A DNA stretch of 56,615 nucleotides from an uncultured virus (IMG/VR IMGVR_UViG_3300042564_004560) (Duplodnaviria; Heunggongvirae; Uroviricota; Caudoviricetes). The stretch lies in IMG/VR virus record IMGVR_UViG_3300042564_004560; one strand, given 5' to 3'. The notes beneath the pieces were generated by a model that had not been told where the DNA came from, ran no database searches, and saw only the letters and a list, made by a program, of their open reading frames with translations. Shown piece by piece: positions 28,236-38,011 of the stretch (position 1 is the first letter of the stretch; each line of letters starts with the position of its first letter). The position numbers and the translations under genes were made by a program.

Positions 28236-29220
28236 TTTTAAGTCTATTAAAGACAAATTCTCAACATCCGCAAAATATAAACCTCAAAGATTTTTTGATT
28301 TAGGTCCTGATTTTTTGGATGCTGTTGGATTACCTGGTCCTGCTATAGGACATTTAAATATGTTTTTAGGTCACTCAGATACAGGTAAAACAACTGCTTT
28401 GGTTAAAACTGCGGTGGATGCCCAAAAGAAAGGTATTCTTCCTGTGTTTATTATCACAGAACAAAAATGGTCGTTTGAACACGCAAAACTTATGGGCTTT
28501 GATTGTGAGGAAGTTGTTGATGAAGAAACAGGTGAACTTGATTGGGACGGATTTTATATTTTTAATAATAATTTTAGTTATATTGAACAAATAACCGATT
28601 ATATTAATAATTTGTTAGATGAACAAGAAAAAGGTAATTTAGATTATAGTTTATGTTTTATGTGGGATTCAGTTGGTTCTGTTCCTTGTAAAATGACTTT
28701 TGAAGGTAAAGGTGGGAAACAACACAACGCTTCAACATTAGCCGATAAGATTGGTATGGGTATCAATCAAAGAATTTCAGGTTCTCGTAAATCTGATTCA
28801 AAATATGAAAACACTTTAATCATTGTAAATCAACCATGGGTTGAATTACCTGATAATCCTTTTGGACAACCAAAAATTAAAGCTAAAGGTGGTGAAGCGA
28901 TTTGGTTAAACTCATCATTAGTTTTTTTATATGGAAATCAAAAAGGAGCTGGTACAACTAAAATTACAGCAACTAAAGATAAAAGAACAATTAAGTTTGC
29001 ATCAAGGACAAAAGTGTCTGTTATGAAAAACCATATTAATGGGTTAGGGTATGATGATGGAAAAATAATCGTCACACCACACGGATTTATTGGAGGTAAA
29101 GATGCTGCTGAAGAGAAAACTTCATTGGAAAAATACAAAAAAGAATACGCAGATTATTGGAAAGGAATCATCGGAACAGATGGTGATTTTGACCTAAAAG
29201 AAGAAAAAGAAGACAATTAG
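28216..29220 (+). CDS. recA: RecA/UvsX-like recombinase
   Basis: Walker A GHSDTGKTT, Walker B FMWDSVGS, LIIVNQ and KAKGGEA. Confidence 0.88.
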   Translation: MAIKKTDFKSIKDKFSTSAKYKPQRFFDLGPDFLDAVGLPGPAIGHLNMFLGHSDTGKTTALVKTAVDAQKKGILPVFIITEQKWSFEHAKLMGFDCEEVVDEETGELDWDGFYIFNNNFSYIEQITDYINNLLDEQEKGNLDYSLCFMWDSVGSVPCKMTFEGKGGKQHNASTLADKIGMGINQRISGSRKSDSKYENTLIIVNQPWVELPDNPFGQPKIKAKGGEAIWLNSSLVFLYGNQKGAGTTKITATKDKRTIKFASRTKVSVMKNHINGLGYDDGKIIVTPHGFIGGKDAAEEKTSLEKYKKEYADYWKGIIGTDGDFDLKEEKEDN

Positions 29221-29248
29221 TAATTTATTCACCCTTTAAATCACAACT

Positions 29249-30250
29249 GTGATTAAAACATTAGCAATAGACGGTTCCAACTTAATGAAGATTGGATTCC
29301 ACGGAGTAAAAGACCTTTATAGTGACGGAAGTCACTTAGGTGCCATTTACCACTTCATCAATACAATTCGGAAATTCCTTGAAGAGCATAACTACGATAA
29401 GGTAGTTGTGTTCTGGGATGCCGAACATAGTTCGTCCGTTCGGAAAGGACTATATCCTCAATATAAAGGAAAAAGAAAAAATGATATGAACGAGTATAAA
29501 CTTGAATCATATCTTACACAAAATGCTCGTATTAAAGAATATCTTGAAGAGGTCTTTGTTAGACAAGTTGAGATGATTAATAACGAAGCGGATGACTTAA
29601 TTGCTTATTACTGTCAGATAGCTATTGATGAGGATATTACTATTTTTTCGTCAGATAAAGACCTTACACAACTTATTTCGGGTAAAGTGTCCGTTTACTC
29701 ACCAAACTTAAAACGATACTTTAAACAAGGTGATATGGTCACCATAAATAAAGTTGAAATACCTCATTATAATGTGTTGACTTGTAAAATTTTTGCCGGT
29801 GATTCATCTGATAATATTGATGGTATTGAAGGTTTAGGGGAAAAAACTTTGGTTAAGTTATTTCCCGATATTCAAAAAATGCCCGTTAATATGGACATTC
29901 TATTGGAAAGTGCCCGAAATAACGAGCAAAAGAAAAAACCCAAATCATTAGAGAATATTTTGATTGGTAAAACAAAAAATGGTATACTTGGAGAAGAGTT
30001 CTATAAGATGAATAAAAAGATTGTGGACCTTGGAACACCACTTATTACTGATGAAGGTAAAGAACTTGTTGAACAAATTTATACAGATACCATAGACCCC
30101 TCAGAAAGAGGATACAAAAACTTAATGAGACTTATGATGGAAGATGGTCTCTTTAAGTATCTTCCAAAAAACGACGAAGCTTGGGTAAACTTCCTCCGAC
30201 CATTTATGAAATTAACTAGAAAAGAAAAAAGAAACACAAACAAAAATTAA
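29249..30250 (+). CDS. 5'-3' exonuclease / flap endonuclease (T4 RNase H / PolA N-terminal-like)
   Basis: AIDGSNL, VVFWD, YPQYKGKR, EADDLIA, SSDKDLTQL and GDSSDNIDGIEGLGEKT; GTG start. Confidence 0.92.
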   Translation: MIKTLAIDGSNLMKIGFHGVKDLYSDGSHLGAIYHFINTIRKFLEEHNYDKVVVFWDAEHSSSVRKGLYPQYKGKRKNDMNEYKLESYLTQNARIKEYLEEVFVRQVEMINNEADDLIAYYCQIAIDEDITIFSSDKDLTQLISGKVSVYSPNLKRYFKQGDMVTINKVEIPHYNVLTCKIFAGDSSDNIDGIEGLGEKTLVKLFPDIQKMPVNMDILLESARNNEQKKKPKSLENILIGKTKNGILGEEFYKMNKKIVDLGTPLITDEGKELVEQIYTDTIDPSERGYKNLMRLMMEDGLFKYLPKNDEAWVNFLRPFMKLTRKEKRNTNKN

Positions 30251-30256
30251 ACAAAC

Positions 30257-30709
30257 ATGAGAGAACAAGACAGTACAAAAATGGAATTCCTTTTGACTCT
30301 AAATGAAAACATCGTAGTTCAAAGATTTTTTAATGTCCGAGGGTATAACCCAAAGGCAAAAAGCTCTACTGATTTATATGATTTTATTTTAAATCTAAAA
30401 GATGAGCTTCAACACGCGTTAAAAATGAAAACCGTAATTTACATGATGGACAATAAAGAAGCGATTGTCCACGACCAATCAATTATGAACACATCTTATA
30501 CAGATGGTCCTGAAGATTTTAACATTTATGTTAAACTTGGGGAACAGACAATTTGTCATAGAGTTTTTGATGGAAAATTTTATCCACCAAAAGTTCGTTA
30601 TACAGTTGATGTACGACCACTTTTAAAAGAGGTACTTCGTGAATTAACTGACATTTTTTCAAATCATAAATTAAGTTACAATTATTTGGAATTTGACCTA
30701 AGTAAGTAG
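30257..30709 (+). CDS. Hypothetical protein in the replication block
   Basis: 150-aa ORF between the exonuclease and helicase genes. Confidence 0.8.
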   Translation: MREQDSTKMEFLLTLNENIVVQRFFNVRGYNPKAKSSTDLYDFILNLKDELQHALKMKTVIYMMDNKEAIVHDQSIMNTSYTDGPEDFNIYVKLGEQTICHRVFDGKFYPPKVRYTVDVRPLLKEVLRELTDIFSNHKLSYNYLEFDLSK

Positions 30710-30747
30710 CTATTTAATTAATACACAGTTAAACATTAAAACAATTT

Positions 30748-32130
30748 ATGAACAAAAATTTTGATTATTTAGGGAACACATTTCAACTACAATTACTAAA
30801 TCAAATAGTGGTAGATAAAGATTTTTCATCTTCTATTATGGAAGTAATTGAATCATCGTACTTTGACAATAAGTACTTTAAAATCATTTTACAAATGATT
30901 AAAGAATATTACATAAAGTACCAATCTACACCTAATTTTGAAACTCTTGACCAAATTGTTAAATCTGAAATTAGTCAAGAAATAGTAGCAAAAGTGGTTT
31001 TAGACACCCTAAAACAGGTAAGTGATGCTCCATTTGAGGGTACAACATTTGTTCAAGAGAAAGCTTTGAAGTTTTGTAAACAACAAGAACTTCAGAAAGC
31101 AATGGATAAAGCTCAAAAAATTATTACAGAAGGTGATTTTGAATCATACGATAAAGTTGAGGGGTTAGTAAGAAATGCATTACAAGTCGGTGAAATTGAA
31201 AAAGGACAGACAGACATCTTTGATAACTTAGATACCGTATTAGATGAAGATTACAGACACCCAATCCCTATGGGAATTGCGGGTATTGATAGATTACTTA
31301 AGGGTGGTTTGGCTAAAGGTGAAATTGGTGTTATCTTGGCACCAACAGGGGTTGGTAAGACAACAATTTTAACCAAAATTGCAAACACAGCATTCAATTT
31401 AGGGTATAATGTACTTCAAATATTTTTTGAAGACAACCCTAAAATTATTCAAAGAAAACACTTCACACTTTGGACAGGGATTGAGCCGGATAATTTGGTT
31501 AAAAATAAAGAAGAGGTGATGTCTAAAATAACTGAAATTAAAGAGACGATGAAAAATGAGTTAATTCTGAAAAAATTAGCTTCTGATACTATGACTATGA
31601 ATCAAATCAAAAATCAAGTTAGAAAAATTATTGCCGATGGAACAAAGATTGATTTAATTATGTTAGATTATATTGATTGTATATTACCTGAATCATCAAG
31701 TAAAGACGAATGGAAAGCGGAAGGTTCTGTAATGAGAGGATTTGAAGCAATGTGTCATGAACTAGATTTAGTAGGATGGACCGCAACACAAGGTAATAGG
31801 TCTTCAATTTCAGCTGAAGTAGTGACGACCGACCAAATGGGTGGGTCAATTAAAAAGGCTCAGGTTGGTCACGTAATTATCTCCATTGCAAAAACCCTTC
31901 AACAAAAAGAAATGAATTTGGCGACAATCGCTATAACAAAATCTCGTCTTGGTAAAGACGGTGTAGTTTTTGAAAATTGTAAATTCAACAATGAGTTATT
32001 AGAAATTGATACTGAAAGTTCAGTAACATTCTTAGGGTTTGGAGAACAACAAGAGGAAAGAAAAAGAGATAGGGTTAAGGAGTTAATGGAAAAAAGAAAA
32101 CAAAAAGAAGAACAATTAAAACAAAATTAA
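30748..32130 (+). CDS. dnaB: Replicative DNA helicase (DnaB / T4 gp41-like)
   Basis: [36 protein letters not shown] and ITKSRLG. Confidence 0.92.
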   Translation: MNKNFDYLGNTFQLQLLNQIVVDKDFSSSIMEVIESSYFDNKYFKIILQMIKEYYIKYQSTPNFETLDQIVKSEISQEIVAKVVLDTLKQVSDAPFEGTTFVQEKALKFCKQQELQKAMDKAQKIITEGDFESYDKVEGLVRNALQVGEIEKGQTDIFDNLDTVLDEDYRHPIPMGIAGIDRLLKGGLAKGEIGVILAPTGVGKTTILTKIANTAFNLGYNVLQIFFEDNPKIIQRKHFTLWTGIEPDNLVKNKEEVMSKITEIKETMKNELILKKLASDTMTMNQIKNQVRKIIADGTKIDLIMLDYIDCILPESSSKDEWKAEGSVMRGFEAMCHELDLVGWTATQGNRSSISAEVVTTDQMGGSIKKAQVGHVIISIAKTLQQKEMNLATIAITKSRLGKDGVVFENCKFNNELLEIDTESSVTFLGFGEQQEERKRDRVKELMEKRKQKEEQLKQN

Positions 32131-32134
32131 AAAA

Positions 32135-33085
32135 ATGGAAGAAAAAATATTAAAAGAAAATCCGAATAGATTTGTGATTTTCCCTATTGAACACAACGAT
32201 ATATGGGAATTTTACCAACAACATCAAGCGGCATTTTGGACTGCAGAGGAAGTTGATTTATCTAATGATATTAGAGATTGGGAAAATTTAACAGATAATG
32301 AAAGATTCTTTGTGAAGAATGTATTGTCATTTTTTGCAGCATCTGACGGAATTGTTAACGAAAACCTTGCAGAAAATTTCTTAAAAGAAGTTCAATACCC
32401 TGAAGCCAAATTCTTCTACGGGTTCCAACTTATGGCGGAGAATATTCACTCTTTAATGTATTCATTATTGATTGACACTTATATTTCAGACGCAGACGAA
32501 AAAGATGAATGTTTTCATGCTATTGATAAATTACCTGCGGTTCAAAAGAAAGCCAAATGGGCTTTGGATTGGATTGAAAATTCAACATTCCAAGAGAGAT
32601 TGGTGGCGTTTGCTGCGGTTGAAGGTATCTTCTTCTCAGGTTCATTCTGTTCAATCTTTTGGTTGAAATCAAGAGGGATAATGCAAGGGTTATGTAATGC
32701 TAACTCACTTATCTTTAAAGATGAAAATTTACATTGTGATTTTGCAATCCATTTAATTAATAATCATGTTGAGAATAAACCAAGTGAGAAGAGAATTAGA
32801 GAAATCTTATTATCCGCTTTGGAAATTGAAAAAGAATTTATTACAGAATCTATTCCAGTATCGTTAATTGGTATGAATTCAAACTTAATGAAGCAATACC
32901 TTGAGTTTGTTACTGATGGTTTATTAGTTAAGTTTGGTTGTAAAAAACAATTTAATGTTGAACAACCATTCAAATTTATGGAACAGATAGCTGTTGAAAC
33001 AAAAGGAAACTTTTTTGAATCAAGAACTATGGAGTATCAAAAGGCCAAGTTAGGTGAATCATTAACATTTACGGAGGATTTTTAA
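32135..33085 (+). CDS. nrdB: Ribonucleotide reductase class Ia beta subunit
   Basis: [31 protein letters not shown] (radical Tyr), [15 protein letters not shown] and NFFE. Confidence 0.97.
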   Translation: MEEKILKENPNRFVIFPIEHNDIWEFYQQHQAAFWTAEEVDLSNDIRDWENLTDNERFFVKNVLSFFAASDGIVNENLAENFLKEVQYPEAKFFYGFQLMAENIHSLMYSLLIDTYISDADEKDECFHAIDKLPAVQKKAKWALDWIENSTFQERLVAFAAVEGIFFSGSFCSIFWLKSRGIMQGLCNANSLIFKDENLHCDFAIHLINNHVENKPSEKRIREILLSALEIEKEFITESIPVSLIGMNSNLMKQYLEFVTDGLLVKFGCKKQFNVEQPFKFMEQIAVETKGNFFESRTMEYQKAKLGESLTFTEDF

Positions 33086-33086
33086 T

Positions 33087-35516
33087 ATGATGTCATTAAA
33101 GATAAAAAAAAGAGATGGGGACGAAGTTTCGTTTAACCCTCAAAAAATATACAATAGAGTTAAAAGAGCAGCAAGAGGATTAACAGTTAATGCTGATGAA
33201 GTATTCATTAAAGTTATTACCTCAGTACCAACAGAGGGTGTTATTACAACCAAAGAGTTAGATAAATTGGTTTACGAGATTGCTGCAGCATATACTGGAA
33301 GTCATCACGATTATTCAAGATTAGCGTCTTCAGTTGCAATTTCTGCATACCATAAAGAAACTGATGAAAGTTTCTGTAATACAATGCACACCTTACATGT
33401 TGATGGTATCATTAACGATAAGTTAATGGAAACTATTGAACTTTATGGTCCTGAAAATATTGATTCTGTAATAAATCACGAGAATGATTACAATTTTGAT
33501 TATTTTGCGTGGAAATCATTACAAGAAATGTATTTGTTAAAAACTCCCGAAGGTAAGGCAATTGAAAGACCTCAACACATGTACATGAGAGTTGCTTTAT
33601 GGGTTACTAAATCATTTGAACAAGCGGTTGAGTATTACCAATCATTGTCAAACCAACTTATTTCTCCAGCAACACCAATCATGATTAATGCAGGAACCAA
33701 GACACCTCAATTAGCGTCTTGTGTATTGAAATACAATCATGGGGATTCAAGAGAAGGGTTATTACAAACATTCAACGATATTTCAACCTATTCATCAGAT
33801 GCAGCAGGTATTGGATTATGTATGTCTAACATTCGTAGTAAAGAAAGTAGAATTAACTCATCAGGAGGATTTGCTGGTGGTCTATTAAAATACTTAAAAA
33901 TTGTTAATGAGGGGTTAAGATTCTTCAATCAACAAGGAAGAAGACCGGGTAGTGCAGCTATCTACATTGAACCTTGGCATAAAGACATCATGGACTTACT
34001 TGAAATCAAAAAGAACACAGGTGCTGAAGAGATGAGAGCAAGAGATTTGTTTACATCTATATGGTTACCAGACAACTTCATGAACGCAGTTAAAGACAAC
34101 GGGGATTGGTATTTATTCTGTCCTAATGATATTGTTAAGGCGGGTATTAAACCATTACAAGAAGCTTATGGTGATGAGTATGAATCAAACTACAATAAAG
34201 CGGTTGAACTTGGTTTAGGTAAAAAGGTTAAAGCTCAAACAATTTGGAATAAAATTATTGAATCTCAAGTTGAAACAGGAGTGCCTTATTTATGTTCTAA
34301 AGATAGTGCTAACAGAAAGACAAATCATCAAAACATTGGGGTGATTAAACAATCTAACTTATGTAATGAGATTTACCAATATACTGATGAAACTACTACG
34401 GCAATCTGTACATTATCATCTATGGTATTAAAGAATTTTATTATTAAAGGTGAGTTCAATTTTAACTTACTTTATAGTGAGGTTAGAAAAGTTGTTAGAG
34501 CACTTAACAAAGTGGTTGACATTAATAGTTATTCAACTGAACAAGGTAGAAAAGGTGGATTAGAACAAAGAGCAATTGCGATTGGAACTCAAGGACTTGC
34601 TGATGTATTTTATTTGATGGACTATATCTTTACATCGGGAGAAGCAAAAAAATTAAATAAAGAAATTTTTGAAACTATCTACTTTGCGGCAATCACCGAA
34701 AGTATGGAATTATGTAAATCAGGGGGATATAAACCATACAAATTTTTTAAAGGTTCACCAATGTCAAAAGGGGAATTCCAATTTGATATGTGGGGATTAG
34801 ATTACGAAGGATTAAGTAGAATGTGGGATTGGGATTCACTAAAATTAGAAGTGTCTAATCACGGGGTTTGTAACTCGTTATTTACGGCTCAGATGCCAGT
34901 TGCATCTTCTGCTAAAATCACAGGTTCATTTGAAATGACAGAACCAGCTCATTCGGCATTATTTAATCGTCGTGTAGTTGGAGGAGAAATCTTAATTGTT
35001 AACAAATACTTAATTAGTGATTTTGAAAAATTAGGAGTATGGTGTGAAGATTTGAAAAATGAAATCATCATGAATGAAGGTTCAATTCAAAATATTAACT
35101 TTAATCATTACCTTGACACAGAAGACAAGAATTACAACAAAAAAGTTAAAAGAATTGAACATTTGATTCCAAAATACAAAACAATTTGGGAGATATCTCA
35201 AAGAGAACTTATTGATATGGCGGCTGACAGAGCACCATTCATTGACCAATCACAATCAATGAATATCTATATGTCTAATCCAACATTGTCAAAGATTTCA
35301 TCATCACACTTCCATTCTTGGGGTAAAGGATTAAAAACTCTTTGTTATTATGTAAGAACAAAAGCTATATCAACGGGAGCTAAACACTTAGCGGTAGACA
35401 TTTCAAAGGTACAAAAACCTAAAAATGTTGAAGTCCCTAAAGTAGACTATAGTAACATGAATTTACCACCCAAACCTGAAGGTATTGAAATTGATTGTTT
35501 TGGATGTTCATCTTAA
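33087..35516 (+). CDS. nrdA: Ribonucleotide reductase class Ia alpha subunit with ATP cone
   Basis: N-terminal ATP cone (IKKRDG), ERPQHM, PQLASC, QSNLCNEI, AICTLSS, QMPVASS, IDQSQSMN, KTLCYY and C-terminal CFGCSS. Confidence 0.97.
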   Translation: MMSLKIKKRDGDEVSFNPQKIYNRVKRAARGLTVNADEVFIKVITSVPTEGVITTKELDKLVYEIAAAYTGSHHDYSRLASSVAISAYHKETDESFCNTMHTLHVDGIINDKLMETIELYGPENIDSVINHENDYNFDYFAWKSLQEMYLLKTPEGKAIERPQHMYMRVALWVTKSFEQAVEYYQSLSNQLISPATPIMINAGTKTPQLASCVLKYNHGDSREGLLQTFNDISTYSSDAAGIGLCMSNIRSKESRINSSGGFAGGLLKYLKIVNEGLRFFNQQGRRPGSAAIYIEPWHKDIMDLLEIKKNTGAEEMRARDLFTSIWLPDNFMNAVKDNGDWYLFCPNDIVKAGIKPLQEAYGDEYESNYNKAVELGLGKKVKAQTIWNKIIESQVETGVPYLCSKDSANRKTNHQNIGVIKQSNLCNEIYQYTDETTTAICTLSSMVLKNFIIKGEFNFNLLYSEVRKVVRALNKVVDINSYSTEQGRKGGLEQRAIAIGTQGLADVFYLMDYIFTSGEAKKLNKEIFETIYFAAITESMELCKSGGYKPYKFFKGSPMSKGEFQFDMWGLDYEGLSRMWDWDSLKLEVSNHGVCNSLFTAQMPVASSAKITGSFEMTEPAHSALFNRRVVGGEILIVNKYLISDFEKLGVWCEDLKNEIIMNEGSIQNINFNHYLDTEDKNYNKKVKRIEHLIPKYKTIWEISQRELIDMAADRAPFIDQSQSMNIYMSNPTLSKISSSHFHSWGKGLKTLCYYVRTKAISTGAKHLAVDISKVQKPKNVEVPKVDYSNMNLPPKPEGIEIDCFGCSS

Positions 35517-35522
35517 TTATTA

Positions 35523-35557
35523 AAATAATCCCGGCAATGTCGGGATTATTTATTTTT
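35523..35557 (+). terminator. Intrinsic terminator after nrdA
   Basis: AAATAATCCCGGC-AAT-GTCGGGATTATTT followed by ATTTTT. Confidence 0.8.
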
Positions 35558-35560
35558 AGG

Positions 35561-35568
35561 TATTTATA
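35561..35568 (+). promoter_or_regulatory. TATTTATA motif restarting structural genes
   Basis: Sits immediately after the terminator; ATG at 35599. Confidence 0.6.
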
Positions 35569-35598
35569 AGAAATAATCACAACACTATAATTATAGAT

Positions 35599-36069
35599 AT
35601 GGCAGCAGGTACAACATACGGTCTTAATTTTCCTTTTAGAAATTCTAAAAGAGGAGATTATTTGGAATTAACTCAATTTGAAGCTCAAGAAGTAAAGGCG
35701 GATTTAATCCATTTATTGTTAACAAGAAAAGGTACAAGATATTATCTACCTGATTTTGGTACTAGGTTATATGAGTTCTTATTTGAACCATTTGATGGTC
35801 TTACTTTTGATGCAATTGAATCTGACATTAGAGAAGCGGTTTCAAATTATATGCCAAATTTATTATTAAATAATATAACAATAACACCAGCAGACCCTCA
35901 AGAAGAAGTTGATATCGCAACAGGACAAAATTCTATCGGTAGTAGTGAATCACCAATCTATAGATTTCCTGGTAAAGGAACTTCAGAATATACTGCTAAA
36001 ATTAAAATAGACTACTCAACAGATAAAAACACTTTTGCACAAAGTGATTTTGTTATTATTAATATTTAA
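35599..36069 (+). CDS. Baseplate wedge protein (T4 gp25-like)
   Basis: GLNFPF, LIHLLLTRKGTRYYLPDFGTRLYEFLFEP and IREAVSNYMP. Confidence 0.9.
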   Translation: MAAGTTYGLNFPFRNSKRGDYLELTQFEAQEVKADLIHLLLTRKGTRYYLPDFGTRLYEFLFEPFDGLTFDAIESDIREAVSNYMPNLLLNNITITPADPQEEVDIATGQNSIGSSESPIYRFPGKGTSEYTAKIKIDYSTDKNTFAQSDFVIINI

Positions 36070-36074
36070 TATAG

Positions 36075-37913
36075 ATGGCAAATCGTAATATATCATATAC
36101 AACTAGAGATTATCAGGGGATAAGAACAGAGTTATTAAACTATGTTAAAACTTATTATCCTGAATTAATACAAGACTTTAATGATGCTTCGGTATTTTCT
36201 GTGTTCTTGGATTTAAATGCTGCCGTAGCAGATAACTTACATTATCACATAGATAGAAGTATTCAAGAGACAGTTCTTCAATACGCTCAACAAAGGTCTT
36301 CAATTTACAATATTGCAAGAACTTATGGATTAAAATTACCGGGTCAAAGACCTTCGGTTGCTTTAGTTGATTTCTCTATTACAGTTCCTGCTTTTGGGGA
36401 TAAAGAAGATGAAAGATATTTGGGTACTTTAACAAGAGGTTCACAAATTACAGGCGCGGGTATTGTATTTGAAAACATTTATGATATTGATTTTACATCA
36501 CCATATAATGCTCAAGGTTTTCCAAACAGACTTAAAATACCTAATTTCAACGCCAATAATGTATTAATTAATTACACAATAACAAAAAGAGAACTTGTAG
36601 TTAATGGTATTACTAAGGTATTCAAAAGAGTTATTACGCCAAATGATGTAAGACCATTTTTTGAATTATTCTTACCTGAAAAAAACGTTTTAGGGATTAC
36701 AAGTGTTTTATTAAAAAGTGGGACTGAATATACAAATATACCGACAGCAGCTGAATTTTTAGGTGTGTCAAATAAATGGTATGAAGTAGACGCTTTGGCT
36801 GAAGATAGAGTTTTTATTGAAGACCCGACAAAAGTTTCTGACCAACCAGGGATTAAAGTTGGTAGATATATTCAAACACAAAATAGATTTATGACAGAGT
36901 ATACGCCTGAAGGATTTAAAAAAATGACTTTTGGTGGAGGAACTAATACAGCCCAAGACGCGTTAAATCAATTTACAACGGTGGGTGCAACATTAGACTT
37001 ACAAAGATATTCTAATAACTTTTCATTAGGTTCTGCATTAATCCCGAACTCAACATTATTCATACAATATAGAGTTGGTGGTGGATTAGCAACAAATTTA
37101 GGGACAAATGTAATTACTCAAATCGGTACCGTTTCGTTTTATGTTAATGGACCATCAGAATTAACAAACTCTTCAGTTGTTAACTCGTTAAGATGTAATA
37201 ATGTTACCGCAGCTATTGGTGGCGCGGGTATTCCATCATTAGAAGAAATACGAAATTATGTTTCATTTAACTTCGCAGCACAAAAAAGAGCTGTTACAGT
37301 TCAAGATTATGAGGCGATAATTAGAAATATGCCGGCAGAATTTGGGGCACCTGCGAAAGTAGCAATTACAGAAAATAATAATAAAATATTAATTCAATTA
37401 TTGTCATATGATACTTCAGGTAAATTAACTAACATTGTATCAGACACATTAAGACAAAATGTTGCAACATACTTGTCAAATTATAGAATGATGAATGATT
37501 ACATTTCAATATTAACGGCTGAAGTTATTGACCTTAGTGTGGATGTACAAATTGTTTTAGACTCTGCACAAAATTCAGGACAAATTATTGCAGATGTCGT
37601 TGATAAAATATCAACATATTTTAATCCACAAATAAGACAATTAGGACAAAATGTTTATTTGTCAGAAATTAAAAGTATTGTTCAAAACCAAAATGGTGTA
37701 TTAACAGTTGCAGGACTTAATGTTTATAATAATGTTGGTGGGCAATATTCATCAGCAGAAACATCAATGCAATATTCGGACCCTGAAACTAAAGAAATCG
37801 CACCTGTAGATGATACAATTTTTGCACAACCTTCACAAGTTTATCAAATTAGATATCCTAATAAAGATATCCGAGTATCTGTTAAAAATTTCCAATCTGT
37901 TACCTTCTCATAA
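36075..37913 (+). CDS. Baseplate wedge protein (T4 gp6 / baseplate J-like)
   Basis: YTTRDYQGIRTEL, AQQRSSIYNIARTYG, FGGG, YRVGGG..TN and AQKRAVTVQDYE. Confidence 0.9.
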   Translation: MANRNISYTTRDYQGIRTELLNYVKTYYPELIQDFNDASVFSVFLDLNAAVADNLHYHIDRSIQETVLQYAQQRSSIYNIARTYGLKLPGQRPSVALVDFSITVPAFGDKEDERYLGTLTRGSQITGAGIVFENIYDIDFTSPYNAQGFPNRLKIPNFNANNVLINYTITKRELVVNGITKVFKRVITPNDVRPFFELFLPEKNVLGITSVLLKSGTEYTNIPTAAEFLGVSNKWYEVDALAEDRVFIEDPTKVSDQPGIKVGRYIQTQNRFMTEYTPEGFKKMTFGGGTNTAQDALNQFTTVGATLDLQRYSNNFSLGSALIPNSTLFIQYRVGGGLATNLGTNVITQIGTVSFYVNGPSELTNSSVVNSLRCNNVTAAIGGAGIPSLEEIRNYVSFNFAAQKRAVTVQDYEAIIRNMPAEFGAPAKVAITENNNKILIQLLSYDTSGKLTNIVSDTLRQNVATYLSNYRMMNDYISILTAEVIDLSVDVQIVLDSAQNSGQIIADVVDKISTYFNPQIRQLGQNVYLSEIKSIVQNQNGVLTVAGLNVYNNVGGQYSSAETSMQYSDPETKEIAPVDDTIFAQPSQVYQIRYPNKDIRVSVKNFQSVTFS

Positions 37914-37988
37914 TATAGGTTTATTCTTGAATTGATTAGTTTATAATTTAAAAAGAGTGTGTTTGTATTCCAAAAATAACACATAAAC

Positions 37989-37996
37989 TATTTATA
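37989..37996 (+). promoter_or_regulatory. TATTTATA motif
   Basis: Recurrent motif; ATG at 38012. Confidence 0.55.
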
Positions 37997-38011
37997 AATT
38001 AAAGGTATTAC

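Noticed and set aside
27020..35516. Inteins or self-splicing introns in recA, helicase or nrdAB
   Set aside because: The proteins are of ordinary length with contiguous motifs, and I saw no intein termini or homing endonuclease ORFs.
5127..37913. Bacterial contractile injection system (eCIS/T6SS/tailocin) or prophage interpretation
   Set aside because: The tail genes are interleaved with T4-type SSB, recombinase, helicase and RNR genes. No integrase or host housekeeping context is seen, so a large lytic phage fits better.
37914..38011. Sigma70 promoter or ncRNA in the gap after the gp6-like gene
   Set aside because: TTGAAT and TATAAT are only 9 nt apart, and there is only a weak GTGT/ACAC inverted repeat, which is not enough support.
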